Origin: an uncultured Nitrososphaeraceae archaeon
GTDB lineage: Archaea > Thermoproteota > Nitrososphaeria > Nitrososphaerales > Nitrososphaeraceae
DNA length: 64,000 bases
Assembly: GCA_963779615.1 (NCBI GenBank)
Contig: CAVZZA010000003.1
Location: 544,001-608,000 of the forward strand
Direction: 5' to 3'
Shown here: in pieces, positions 1 to 10,161 of the stretch
Position numbering within the stretch: the stretch's first letter is position 1
How the letters are laid out: each line of letters starts with the position of its first letter
Notes under the pieces: model-generated
Seen by the model: only the letters and a program-made list of their open reading frames with translations
What the model was told of the DNA's origin: nothing
Databases searched by the model: none
Made by a program: the position numbers and the translations under genes

Positions 1-176
1 TTTTGCCATCTCCTTATCATAAATGTCATCAAACTCCTTTACCGTCAGATCGGGGAATGATTTGAAAAGCAATGGTTGTTTGGTCAACATCTCATAAGAG
101 AGTAAAGAAAGGATAGTGAATTAATGAGAAACTGATGGTCATAATGCTGTTTAGGAACAATTATGCAAGAGATTTA
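1..176 (-). mobile_element. Left end of an IS5-family (ISL2-like, DDE_Tnp_4) element, running off the window edge
   Basis: Minus strand translates LLSYEMLTKQPLLFKSFPDLTVKEFDDIYDKEMAK, homologous to the transposase N-terminus at 31200. AATTATGCAAGAGATTTA at 159-176 nearly matches the TIR of element 31165-32208. Confidence 0.85.
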
Positions 177-560
177 ATATGTACATTTGTTTCCATGTTA
201 TTGCGCATCCTAATTAAAAATAAAATTCAACGATACACCTTTCTATTTCTTCTAGTAATACAATGCTCTTTCTCTTTTTCATAGACTGGAATGATACTGT
301 AGTTGTATGTTAGAAGATTGAACCTGGTTACACATTTAACAAATTTAATAAAGGGCCATGTTCAGAAAGAAACTTCTAATATAATCTCACAAACAGCAAT
401 AACTGCATGTAGGAAGAATGTTTTTAACGAAATAGACATGGCATTATACATGCAAATATTTCAGCATATTTATTGTGTGTCTAATAATTGAGGCACCATA
501 GAGTTAGAGAACAGTTAACTACACCCTTAAATAGGAAATTGATAGTAGTAGTGCAGTTTA

Positions 561-758
561 ATGCAATCAAATGCCAATAGTTACAAGTTCTATTTCACCA
601 ACAAAGTAAATCGATATCAGACTATAGAAATTTCCCCAGGCAAAAAAACACTAAAAAAAACACCCGAGACAGTAAAACTGGATTGGGACAACTGCACTTT
701 GGATGTGGTTGGGCAGTTACCAGACGGCAAAACAAGAATCGTTTTTTGCAGCAAATAA
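561..758 (+). CDS. Small hypothetical protein (65 aa)
   Basis: ATG start with a TATA-like CTTAAATA about 30 bp upstream; co-oriented with the next gene; no recognisable motif. Confidence 0.45.
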   Translation: MQSNANSYKFYFTNKVNRYQTIEISPGKKTLKKTPETVKLDWDNCTLDVVGQLPDGKTRIVFCSK

Positions 759-806
759 AAAAAAATAAGCAAGTATATAGGTGATAAGCCTGTCGGCATA
801 AGATAC

Positions 807-1511
807 ATGCTTGGGGTCGACATCACAAAAACATCTTTACCAAAAATAGAGCAATATGAACTGTCAGAAGATAACTCAAAGGTGAGAGACAATTTTGATG
901 CCGGCAAAGAACAAATGAACAACAACCAAAGGGTGGTTTTTCAGCTTGACGATAAATATTGGGTTTGGGATTGGTATGATGGCAAGGAGGGTATTGAGAA
1001 AAGTGAAATATACAGAATTTACCAATTGGTGTCATCTCAAATTGAATCGTCAAAACCATTCACCGTGGGTTTGTTTAGCATAGACATGGAAAATGAAATA
1101 GAAGAAGCAAAGACCAAAACAAGCCCAATAATACAGATAATTACCAACCCGCAATGGACTCTGAAAAATCATGTTCGAGAGGTTCATTGCGCATGGATAA
1201 AGCCAAACATAATCGAGGTATCAATCATATTTAATAACGAACAGTTAAGAAAATTTAAGATTGCCAACAACCTTTATGAAAAATTTAGGCTTTTAAAATA
1301 CGGCAGAACATTTGACATAGAAACGTTTAGAATTTGCAATGATGGTAGTAATCTTAAAGATACTGACAAGAACTACTTTATTTTTGAGAACATCTATTCG
1401 GATACATATGACATAGAATATGACACCATCCATCACGATCCCAAGATAGCACCACATAGGGAAATAAAATACATGTCTAAAAAAAATTTTTCAACCCCAT
1501 TGTTTTTATAA
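807..1511 (+). CDS. Hypothetical protein (234 aa)
   Basis: Long ORF with normal composition; no family recognised. Confidence 0.7.
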   Translation: MLGVDITKTSLPKIEQYELSEDNSKVRDNFDAGKEQMNNNQRVVFQLDDKYWVWDWYDGKEGIEKSEIYRIYQLVSSQIESSKPFTVGLFSIDMENEIEEAKTKTSPIIQIITNPQWTLKNHVREVHCAWIKPNIIEVSIIFNNEQLRKFKIANNLYEKFRLLKYGRTFDIETFRICNDGSNLKDTDKNYFIFENIYSDTYDIEYDTIHHDPKIAPHREIKYMSKKNFSTPLFL

Positions 1512-2360
1512 ATACGTCCAATCATGCGCTGTCTGAGAGTGACAACAATCATGATCAGTGGAAATGGGAATACATTCCGTTCACAAAAGACTCACCGTTA
1601 AAGTTTGGCACAAAATCCAGGTCAGAAATAGACAGTGCATTTACTTCTATTCTCTCAAAGATTTCAGCCTTTTTCATAAAGTGACCATCCAAACCTTGCC
1701 AAGGGCACATGAAAAAAATGGGCGGTCAGTTCATTTATGCATATGACCGTATCACCATTGGCTGCAACATGGTAGCGCACCTAGCATCCTTTAATGTGGA
1801 TACTTGGTTTGTTTTTTTAATAATCAGGGTTGGCGACTTTCCACACAAAACGCATAAAGATATCTTTTATCTTCTACATCATATTTGCTCAATGAATCAG
1901 AAAGGTGTTACACCACACTCCTTTTACCTCCCCTTATTTTTAGTTAGCATTTGCATCCCTCAAGGCAAATATGGGGATACAAGGCAACAGGTAACAGCAT
2001 CTCTCCCAACCCAAAAGCCAGGTAAAGCAACATTGTCACGGAAAAGGACAAACAATAATACTAACTTTTAGTAATCTGTTATTTTATAGAGTACATCAAT
2101 TTTTCAAAACCCAATTTCTGTCAGAACAATAAATACAACAAAGAGAATTGAATAGTTAAATCAAATACCATATGCATTTATAAAAGCAGACAAGACACAA
2201 CTGCGTTTTTTCAACCAAAAAAATATCCAAATGATACCGTATTGTAAACAGATAAGGAATTGAAGGTAAAAAAATTACTTTTTATAACCTAAAGGAGTTT
2301 AAGGGAAATAACATCCAATATCAACAAATATTTAATAACGACCCATCACCCAAAGCAGTT

Positions 2361-2990
2361 ATGGCTAATACCAACACTACATACATTATTAATGGAAAAA
2401 TAAAAGATTCGGAAGGAAACCCCGTGGGAAATGTAAAGGTCGAGGCAATGGATAGTGATCAGAACTGGTTTGAGGATCACAATGATGATTTGATTGATAG
2501 CAAATGGGTAAACAATGATGGAACTTTTCAAATTCCTTTTGAAAGAAAAAGGATTCAAGAAGGATGGCTGGAGGGCAACCCCGATATTTATTTAATGGTA
2601 AGAAACCCCTCGGGCCAGGTTATCCACAGGACTCAAACCAGAAGGGGGCTGGACATTTCCGACAGCAAGAGCCTACATTTTGAGATAATATTAAACTCCC
2701 TTGAAAGACAACAACAGCAATCAATACCGGATCCCTATTTATCAAACAACCAAAGGGTGATTGCGGCATTTGGAAGGCTTGCTGACGTCAGTGAGTTTCA
2801 GATAAGCGACATAGCAAGGGTACTAAGCCTATTGGGTCGCTCCATAAACGCATGGTCCCTTTACACAACAGAGTATATGTGGAATGCCACAGGATATGAT
2901 GGCCCCCAGGTTCCAAAATATCCTTGGAGGGAACCAGGCCACAGTCATGAATTGGGATGGGAGAGTGGACAACGTCAAAATGCCCAATAA
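2361..2990 (+). CDS. Putative small partner subunit of the GMC oxidoreductase (prealbumin/carboxypeptidase-regulatory-like N-domain)
   Basis: N-terminal GKIKDSEGNPVGNVKVEAMDSD beta-sandwich pattern. C-terminal YMWNATGYDGP resembles the W..IGY.GP tail of GMC small subunits. Stop overlaps the GMC start. Confidence 0.7.
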   Translation: MANTNTTYIINGKIKDSEGNPVGNVKVEAMDSDQNWFEDHNDDLIDSKWVNNDGTFQIPFERKRIQEGWLEGNPDIYLMVRNPSGQVIHRTQTRRGLDISDSKSLHFEIILNSLERQQQQSIPDPYLSNNQRVIAAFGRLADVSEFQISDIARVLSLLGRSINAWSLYTTEYMWNATGYDGPQVPKYPWREPGHSHELGWESGQRQNAQ

Positions 2991-5688
2991 CTGCATTTAC
3001 GGTACCGATATCTTTGAGAAGCGCGCTGAAAAATACAAAGTGATTACACAGGACATTGTTATCAATACGGATGTTTGTGTAATAGGCTCAGGCGCCGCTG
3101 GAGCCGTTTTGGCCACCAAATTGGCAGAAGAAGGCAAATCCGTAGTTTTGCTTGAGAGAGGAGGATACCATGACGGAGAGTCAATGAATCAGAGAGAGGC
3201 AGATATGGTTCCACTGCTGTGGAAAAACGCTGGTGCCAACTTCACTTCTAGTTTAAGAATAGCAGTAGCCCAAGGTTGCTGTCTTGGCGGCTCAACTGTC
3301 ATCAATGACGCTGTTTGCTTTAGGATTCCAGAACTTGTGATCAACCAATGGATTGAAAGCGGTGTATTGATTTCAAAAGACGAATGGGATGAGGCCAACA
3401 ATGAAGTATCAAAAAGAATCAACGTCACAAAAGTCACCGAAGAGGAGCTAAACACAAATGCCAAAAAACTTAGGGACGCATGCAGAACATACAAAATAAA
3501 CGGAGAGGAGATCAAGCACTGGGAAAACGAAAGAAACTGCGGCCAGTCTTTTTCCGATCCGAATCTTCATTCCTGCGTAAAATGCGGACTTTGCCACATG
3601 GGCTGCCATTACGATACAAAACAAAGCATGTTGGTTACGTACATTCATGATGCGCTCAGCAACGATAAACTAGACTACAACGTATACTGCAACTGTCAAG
3701 CAGAGAGAATCACCCATAATAACGGGATAGCAACCGGGGTAGACGCAATTTTTATAGATATCGATGGTAACGAAAAACAAAGACTACGCGTCAACTCAAA
3801 GGTCATAATCATTTCTTCTGGCGCCATTGCATCATCAAACCTGTTGCAAAAATCAGTAATTGGCGGAAACAATGTTGGAAAGGGGGTAGCACTCCACCCC
3901 GCACCTTTTGTCATGGGTCATTTCCATGAAAACATCTATGGCAATAGGGGGATACCCATGTCATATACATGTCACCAGTTTGGCGTAACGAACAATGTGC
4001 AAAAAGGGGGGTTTCTGATAGAAAGCATATTCTTACCAATTTTTCAAATGGCCATTGCGATCCCAACATTTGCCATGGACCATAAGAGAATGATGATGGA
4101 ATTCAACAGATACACCATGGCAGGAATTATGACCAGAGATGAGCCTAACGGCAATGTACTTGTATCATATAACGGAAATCCAAAACTGGACTACACCTTG
4201 TCGCCCCAAACAGTCAACGACATGGCAAGGGGAATGGCCATTGTTTCCAAGATGTGGTTTGACATTGGCGCAACAAGCGTAATCACATCGCATATGGATG
4301 TTCCAGAAATAAAAACGAGGGCAGATATTCCAAAGTTAAAAGAGGCAGTAAGAAACAACCCTAATGGTTTAATGGTTGGCTCAGCCCACCCCCAAGGCGG
4401 AAACAAAATGGGCAGCAGCAAGGAAGAATGCGTGGTGGACTCAGATTGCAAAGTATTTGGATTTGATAACCTGTATGTTTGCGACGCCAGTGTTTTTCCA
4501 ACCGCACTGGGCGTAAACCCCCAGCTTACGGTCATGGCCCTTGCAACCATTACAGCAAAAAAAATCATCAAAAATTGGAATAGATATCCAGCAGAAACAA
4601 GGCCTAACTTGGGCAAAACATGCAGAATTTCACAGCCAAGGTTCTGTAGATCCGAGCCAATCGGACAAATGTTTGCAATTGCCGATCATAAAACCAATCT
4701 ATTCTCGAAACTAGGCAACTCAAATGATATAAAACCAATAGTGGGAAAGAATTGGAGGTTTGACCCTGAAAACCAGATCATCCACAATGATTTGTTTTGG
4801 AAGGGAATGTACGGAACAGACAACAATCTTTTGACAAACTTGTTGCGATATTTTGGGGGATTCTATAAAAAATTTAAAAAGGTCGATGAAACAAGGTATA
4901 GCGGAATTACCCATCCTTTTGATTCCCAAATAATTGACGCAAAAAGCATTGCCGTTGAAAAAGAAATACCAGGATATGGTAAAGTAATTCACCTCGAATA
5001 TGAAGACTTTCCCTATTCCACCGCCTACGATTTGCTAAAGATGGTGGATGACAATACAATCCTCGGAAAGGCATTTATGGGACCCTTTGGAAGGGGACGG
5101 GAATTGTTTAACTTTAGTATGTCAAGGGCATATGACATTGACTATATGACAGAAGAGGATCTTTTTACACTATTCAATAGCAAAGAGATGAGTTATGTTC
5201 CCAACGAAAGTGAAATGCGAGGTGTCTGGGAAGGGATGCTGGTCTCCGATTCAGCTGTCACGCCTCGTGCGCAAATCTTTTATTTTGATTATGAGGATGG
5301 CCAAATAGATATGAGGTATTCCTTTGCAAACATGCTGCGTGGTAGATCGGATATAAGCATTACCGACAGGCTGTTTAGATTCGATGACCAAACCCCACTC
5401 CATGACGAAATACGGATGATAACACCAAATTTGATAGTGGGAAGATGGGTTACGGAATGGTCCTCGGAGGATTCGCTAAAACCGTACCTTGATGATTTCA
5501 AACGGCTCCTTGCTATTCCAGCACCCAAAGAAAAAGAATCAGCATATGAAAAGTTAGCCCAAATACTGCCAGTTCGTGGAATTAGACTACCCAAAGAATT
5601 AGGACTCAGTTTTTTGGGTGTCGAGGTGGATGAGGAACACAATAAATCCAGATTAGGCCTGTCCTATATGCTAAAGAAAATAGGGTAA
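2980..5688 (+). CDS. GMC family FAD oxidoreductase with a ~350-aa C-terminal extension
   Basis: GSGAAG FAD motif, LGGSTVIN, CVKCGLCHMGC, GSAHPQGG (catalytic His), DASVFPTALGVNP. Start set at ATG 2980, which overlaps the upstream gene end. Confidence 0.9.
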   Translation: MPNNCIYGTDIFEKRAEKYKVITQDIVINTDVCVIGSGAAGAVLATKLAEEGKSVVLLERGGYHDGESMNQREADMVPLLWKNAGANFTSSLRIAVAQGCCLGGSTVINDAVCFRIPELVINQWIESGVLISKDEWDEANNEVSKRINVTKVTEEELNTNAKKLRDACRTYKINGEEIKHWENERNCGQSFSDPNLHSCVKCGLCHMGCHYDTKQSMLVTYIHDALSNDKLDYNVYCNCQAERITHNNGIATGVDAIFIDIDGNEKQRLRVNSKVIIISSGAIASSNLLQKSVIGGNNVGKGVALHPAPFVMGHFHENIYGNRGIPMSYTCHQFGVTNNVQKGGFLIESIFLPIFQMAIAIPTFAMDHKRMMMEFNRYTMAGIMTRDEPNGNVLVSYNGNPKLDYTLSPQTVNDMARGMAIVSKMWFDIGATSVITSHMDVPEIKTRADIPKLKEAVRNNPNGLMVGSAHPQGGNKMGSSKEECVVDSDCKVFGFDNLYVCDASVFPTALGVNPQLTVMALATITAKKIIKNWNRYPAETRPNLGKTCRISQPRFCRSEPIGQMFAIADHKTNLFSKLGNSNDIKPIVGKNWRFDPENQIIHNDLFWKGMYGTDNNLLTNLLRYFGGFYKKFKKVDETRYSGITHPFDSQIIDAKSIAVEKEIPGYGKVIHLEYEDFPYSTAYDLLKMVDDNTILGKAFMGPFGRGRELFNFSMSRAYDIDYMTEEDLFTLFNSKEMSYVPNESEMRGVWEGMLVSDSAVTPRAQIFYFDYEDGQIDMRYSFANMLRGRSDISITDRLFRFDDQTPLHDEIRMITPNLIVGRWVTEWSSEDSLKPYLDDFKRLLAIPAPKEKESAYEKLAQILPVRGIRLPKELGLSFLGVEVDEEHNKSRLGLSYMLKKIG

Positions 5689-5916
5689 TTTCTTTCGTTC
5701 ACCTATTTTTATAATGTGACAAACCGGGCAATTAGGCAAATAGAATAAGTTATGGCCATAAAGCTGTTTGGGAGGAACTATGCATGATGTCTAGTGTGTT
5801 GATCAAGTTAAATCACTGATCGGTAAATACCATTGCTAAAATGAATGATGAACCAACATCATATAATTAGTGCACAACGACTCCATTGACAAATAACAGA
5901 TGTTTGCCTGAAACGG

Positions 5917-6294
5917 TTAAAGCAGCCTATCACCAACAAGGTTCTTGTATGCCTTTGTTTTTATGATGTCAATTTCCTTTTCCAATATCGAACGCCTTTC
6001 TTTGGTGATGCTCAATATCAAACCAATTGATTTGGCCTTTTCTTTGGAGCGTGTTTTGGAGGAATCGATTATTTTCCACAGTTCTTTTACAGTTTCATCA
6101 AGAGTCAACTTTATCTTCCCATATTCATCCAATAGTTGATCATCGGGATCAATATCTCTTTTGTTTATTTTGCTTTGCCAGTGATTAACGTCCCTGGAAA
6201 TAGTCAATTGGCTTATGTGGAGCATGTTTGATATCTCAAGTTAAGATTACCTTCTTGCGAATAGATCCCTTACTTTGTTTCGTCTCCAATCCAT
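5917..6294 (-). pseudogene. Helix-turn-helix protein with two in-frame stops
   Basis: Reads MDWRRNKVRDLFARR*S*LEISNMLHISQLTISRD, an HTH-type pattern, in frame with ORF 5917..6225. Confidence 0.6.
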
Positions 6295-6498
6295 TTGCCT
6301 TTTTAATTTTTCATGGTTGTTCCAGTGAAATGGGGTTTGTCTTCTTTCAAATGTCCTGTTATTCATATCGTTTTTGAATTAATAAAAATATCCATTTTTG
6401 AAAGTTATTCAATGTTTATTCATATGGTTTTCACAGTTATGCTCGAATTATCTGTTTCTCCATGTATAAAAAATATATAAAAAATAATTTTAGAATAT

Positions 6499-6515
6499 CC
6501 CGCTCAGTCCATCGA
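6499..6515 (+). repeat. att-like direct repeat copy 1 (CCCGCTCAGTCCATCGA; tRNA 3'-end-like)
   Basis: Identical 17-mer at 6499, 13172 and 16860; about 60 further bp are similar between copies 1 and 2. Confidence 0.85.
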
Positions 6516-6836
6516 CATCATTTTGAAAGGATTCGGTGAAATTTAGGTTTGGAAAACCGAATTGTTAACAAAAAACGATTTACAATAATCATGCAACAAG
6601 GCACTGCCAAAACCGATAATTAAATGTTTATTACCTTCATAACAAAGCATAACATAAACACAGGAGATTAAAATCGCGATTTACTTGGGGCTCATCCGAC
6701 CATAAGCCAAACATATATTACCATATAAGGGATATATATTTTTTAAATTAACGATAGAACTATTAAAAATTCACAAGTAATAGACAATTTTATAATATCA
6801 GCCGATTTGATTTGTAATCATAACATTCACAATACA

Positions 6837-7409
6837 TCAATTAATGTTCCTTTTAAAATAAGCACTGTTTTTAACTAATTCCATCAAAGATTTTGTTGCC
6901 ATCTCAAGTGAAATACTCTTGGATTTTGAATAATAGTTGGCCATTTTTTTCAAACCTTTTTCTGCTCGATATATTTTAACTGCGTCTTCCATAGATTTAA
7001 CCGGCCTATAAGAATTGAAACAGGAAGTAAGAATTTGGGTAAGAGTGTCTGCTTTAAAATTTTCATCGTGATGAGACAACAACTTCTCAAGTTCCTCAAA
7101 ATGGGGGTTTAACTGGCCAAAGACTCTCTTGATTTTAAGCTCGTCAACACCAGATTCAAAATTGGCATATTTGGAAAGCCACACATCAAAGATGTCATCT
7201 TTTGCTGTTGGTGGATGTGTTCGAAAATGTTTGAATTTCTTTCTATAAAACACATGTTTTGTTTTTGGCTCGAGTGCAGAAACAGGTTTGATTTTTTTAT
7301 TGTCGATAGTGGCTAAACCATCATGCATTCGCTCATTATGGCGCTCTGCATTATATTTTCTACCAAAACTTTGTTTGCATTCACTACAGGCATATGAATC
7401 TCCCTTCAC
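6837..7409 (-). CDS. C2H2 zinc-finger protein
   Basis: CSEC-x12-H-x4-H (CSECKQSFGRKYNAERHNERMH); paralog at 21760-22338. Confidence 0.8.
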   Translation of the reverse strand: MKGDSYACSECKQSFGRKYNAERHNERMHDGLATIDNKKIKPVSALEPKTKHVFYRKKFKHFRTHPPTAKDDIFDVWLSKYANFESGVDELKIKRVFGQLNPHFEELEKLLSHHDENFKADTLTQILTSCFNSYRPVKSMEDAVKIYRAEKGLKKMANYYSKSKSISLEMATKSLMELVKNSAYFKRNIN

Positions 7410-7439
7410 AAATATAATTATCCAAATTTGATATAAATT

Positions 7440-7456
7440 AGTTACTCCGAGTAACT
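7440..7456. promoter_or_regulatory. Inverted repeat AGTTACTC-C-GAGTAACT just upstream of the TATA box of the C2H2 gene
   Basis: 8-bp perfect arms with a 1-bp spacer, beside TTTATAT (minus strand) about 25 bp before the start. Confidence 0.4.
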
Positions 7457-7609
7457 TATCGTTAACTGCAATTCAGTTATGGTATTCTTAAAAATAATGG
7501 TTAATCAAAAACTTAATATTGAAATGAAACATTTACTAAAATAGGTATTTTTTCTACCGTATATAATTTACCAGAGAAAGAGAAGAGAACCTATTTGTTC
7601 CATATACAA

Positions 7610-9993
7610 TTAAAATTCATTATCATTTTGTAATTTTTCAAGAGCTTTATTTTTGTTATTCAATGCTAATTTGTAATTCGGATCAACGGCCAATGCCTTG
7701 TCAAAGTACAGTATGGCCTTGTCATACTCGCCAAGGCTGGAAAGAGCGACACCTTTTCCATTCAATGCTAATTTGTAATTCGGATCAACGGCCAATGCCT
7801 TGTCAAAGTACAGTATGGCCTTGTCATACTCGCCAAGGCTGGAAAGAGCGACACCTTTTCCATTCAATGCTAATTTGTAATTCGGATCAACGGCCAATGC
7901 CTTGTCAAAGTACAGTATGGCCTTGTCATACTCGCCAAAGTATCCAAGAGCAACACCTTTTCCATTCAATGCTAATTTGTAATTCGGATCAACGGCCAAT
8001 GCCTTGTCATATGACTTTATGGCCTTGTCATACTCGCCAAGGTATCTAAGAGCGCTACCTTTGTAATTCAATGCTAATTTGTCATTCGGATCAACGGCCA
8101 ATGCCTTGTCAAATACAGTATGGCCTTGTCATACTCGCCAAGGCTGGAAAGAGCGACACCTTTTCCATTCAATGCTAATTTGTAATTCGGATCAACTGCC
8201 AATGCCTTGTCAAAGTACAGTATGGCCTTGTCATACTCGCCAAGTCTGGAAAGAGCGACACCTTTGTTATACAATGCTAATTTGTAATTCGGATCAACGG
8301 CCAATGCCTTGTCAAAGTACAGTATGGCCTTGTCATACTCGCCAAAGTATCCAAGAGCAAAACCTTTTCCATTCAATGCTAATTTGTAATTCGGATCAAC
8401 TGCCAATGCCTTGTCATATGACTGTATGGCCTCGGCATACTCGCCAAGTCTGTAAAGAGCATTACCTTTGTCATTCAATGCTAATTTGTAATTCGGATCA
8501 ACGGCCAATGCCTTGTCAAAGTACTGTATGGCCTCGGCATACTTTCCCAAATTGTAAAGAGCAACACCTGTGACATAAGCAACACCTTTATCATTGAATA
8601 TAATTTTGGAGGAGTCAATGTTGACGGGGGGTGGAGAGCTTGATTTTGGTGGGGGTAAGGGAATATGCGTTACAGTAACTGCAACAAAAGCATCATTTGA
8701 GGAGTTTTTGGCATCTGTAACATTAAGCTCAAATCTCAAAACGGCATCTTTGGATATGTCTTCGGGGGCGGTGAATGTGACGACAGCAGTGTTAGCACTA
8801 TCCAATGTGACCGGTGTGCCGGAAATCTGTCTCCATGAGTATGTTATTGGGTCATTGTTGGGATCTGTGCTTTTGCTTCCGTCCAAAGTTACAATATCCC
8901 CAGCGTTCACGGTTTGGCCAGTTCCCGCATTGGCTATGGGCGGTTGGTTGGACTTGGCAAACACTACAATTCGATGATTACCGGTATCAGCCACATACAC
9001 ATTTCCCGATTCATCAACAGCAATACCCAGAGGGTTATTTAACTGTCCATTTCCACCACCTTTTGATCCGAATTGTGTAAGAAAATTGCCACTGCTGTCA
9101 AACTTTTGGACACGGTGACTACCAGTATCGGCTACATAGACGTTACCTATTGAATCAATGGCGATGCTTGCCTGTCCCCTAAACTGCTTTTCACCTGTGC
9201 CATGTGAACCCCATTTTGCAATGAATTTTATTGTATTACCATTGCCATCAAACTTTTGGATGCGGTGATTAAAGGCATCAAACACATAAACATTGTTTGA
9301 TCCATCCACTGCAATGCTTGTTGGGTTGTCAAATTGTCCTTCGCGTAGTCCACTTGAACCAGTTTTTGCAATTAGCGAGCCATCAACAGAATGAATCTCA
9401 AATGTGTTGTTCAAGGTTTGTGTGAAATAAACGTGTCCGCCAGTGTCTATGGATATATCAGGCAGATAAGTTGACCCTGAAAGAACTCCTGAACCAACAC
9501 TCCATGATGTAAGGAATGTTCCATCACTTGTGAATTTTTCTATTCGAGAGTTACCAGAATCAAATACATACACATTTCTCGAAGATGGATCTATTGCTAT
9601 GCCAGAGGGACTGCTAAACTGTCCATCACCGGTACCTTGAGATCCCGATCCCCATGGAGGGGTAATGTTTTTGCCAGTAGAATCGAACACCTGAACTCTA
9701 TGATTTTGCGAATCAACAACATAAATATCATTTGACGATGGATCAATGGCAATGTCAGTTGGTTTGTTAAACTGCCCGTCACCCGTACCTTGATTTCCCC
9801 ATTTAGTAACAAAAGTATAATTCTCGGTGTTTGCCGCATATGCTATACCGGGTGCATCAGCATCATTGTCTTTAACTACACTATAATAAACAGAAATGAA
9901 CATAAAAAGAAATGATAAGGCAAAAGCAGTCATCATAAAGTATGATTTTTTCCTTTCACCATCAATATTATAAAATAAATGATTGATTTCCAT
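7610..9993 (-). CDS. Membrane-anchored NHL beta-propeller + PKD + 9xTPR protein, frameshifted at ~8113
   Basis: N-terminal TM, NHL repeats (GQFNKPTDIAID, VYVADTGNHRI), PKD (NQPPIANAG...LDGSKS..DPITYSWRQ), nine 34-aa TPRs. One G is missing in CAAA[G]TACAG at ~8113 relative to sister repeats, which splits ORFs 8074..9993 and 7610..8101. Confidence 0.9.
7663..8590 (-). repeat. Near-identical 102-bp tandem repeats (TPR units, ~9 copies)
   Basis: AATGCTAATTTGTAATTCGGATCAACGGCCAATGCCTTGTC recurs about every 102 bp. Confidence 0.95.
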
Positions 9994-10161
9994 TACATTA
10001 AAAGCTCCGCATTATCCCTAACACTTGTACAACTGCTTGATATTTAATTATTGGGGAGATAATACAAATGCATCATAAATGATATGCTTTGTATGCGTTC
10101 CTATTTAAAGGAGTAACATGATATACCAAGTCCATGGCATTATCAAAGTCACAATAAGCAG

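Noticed and set aside
1558-2071. ORFs 1558..1746 and 1709..2071
   Set aside because: No recognisable motifs; probably decayed or non-coding DNA.
2884-2979. Longer N-terminus for the GMC enzyme
   Set aside because: Overlaps the motif-bearing C-terminus of the upstream gene; ATG 2980 fits translational coupling.
7663-8573. Plus-strand Cys/His-rich repeat ORFs
   Set aside because: Antisense shadows of the TPR array.
7663-8590. Diversity-generating retroelement acting on the TPRs
   Set aside because: No reverse transcriptase or separate template repeat in the window; differences do not look adenine-specific.
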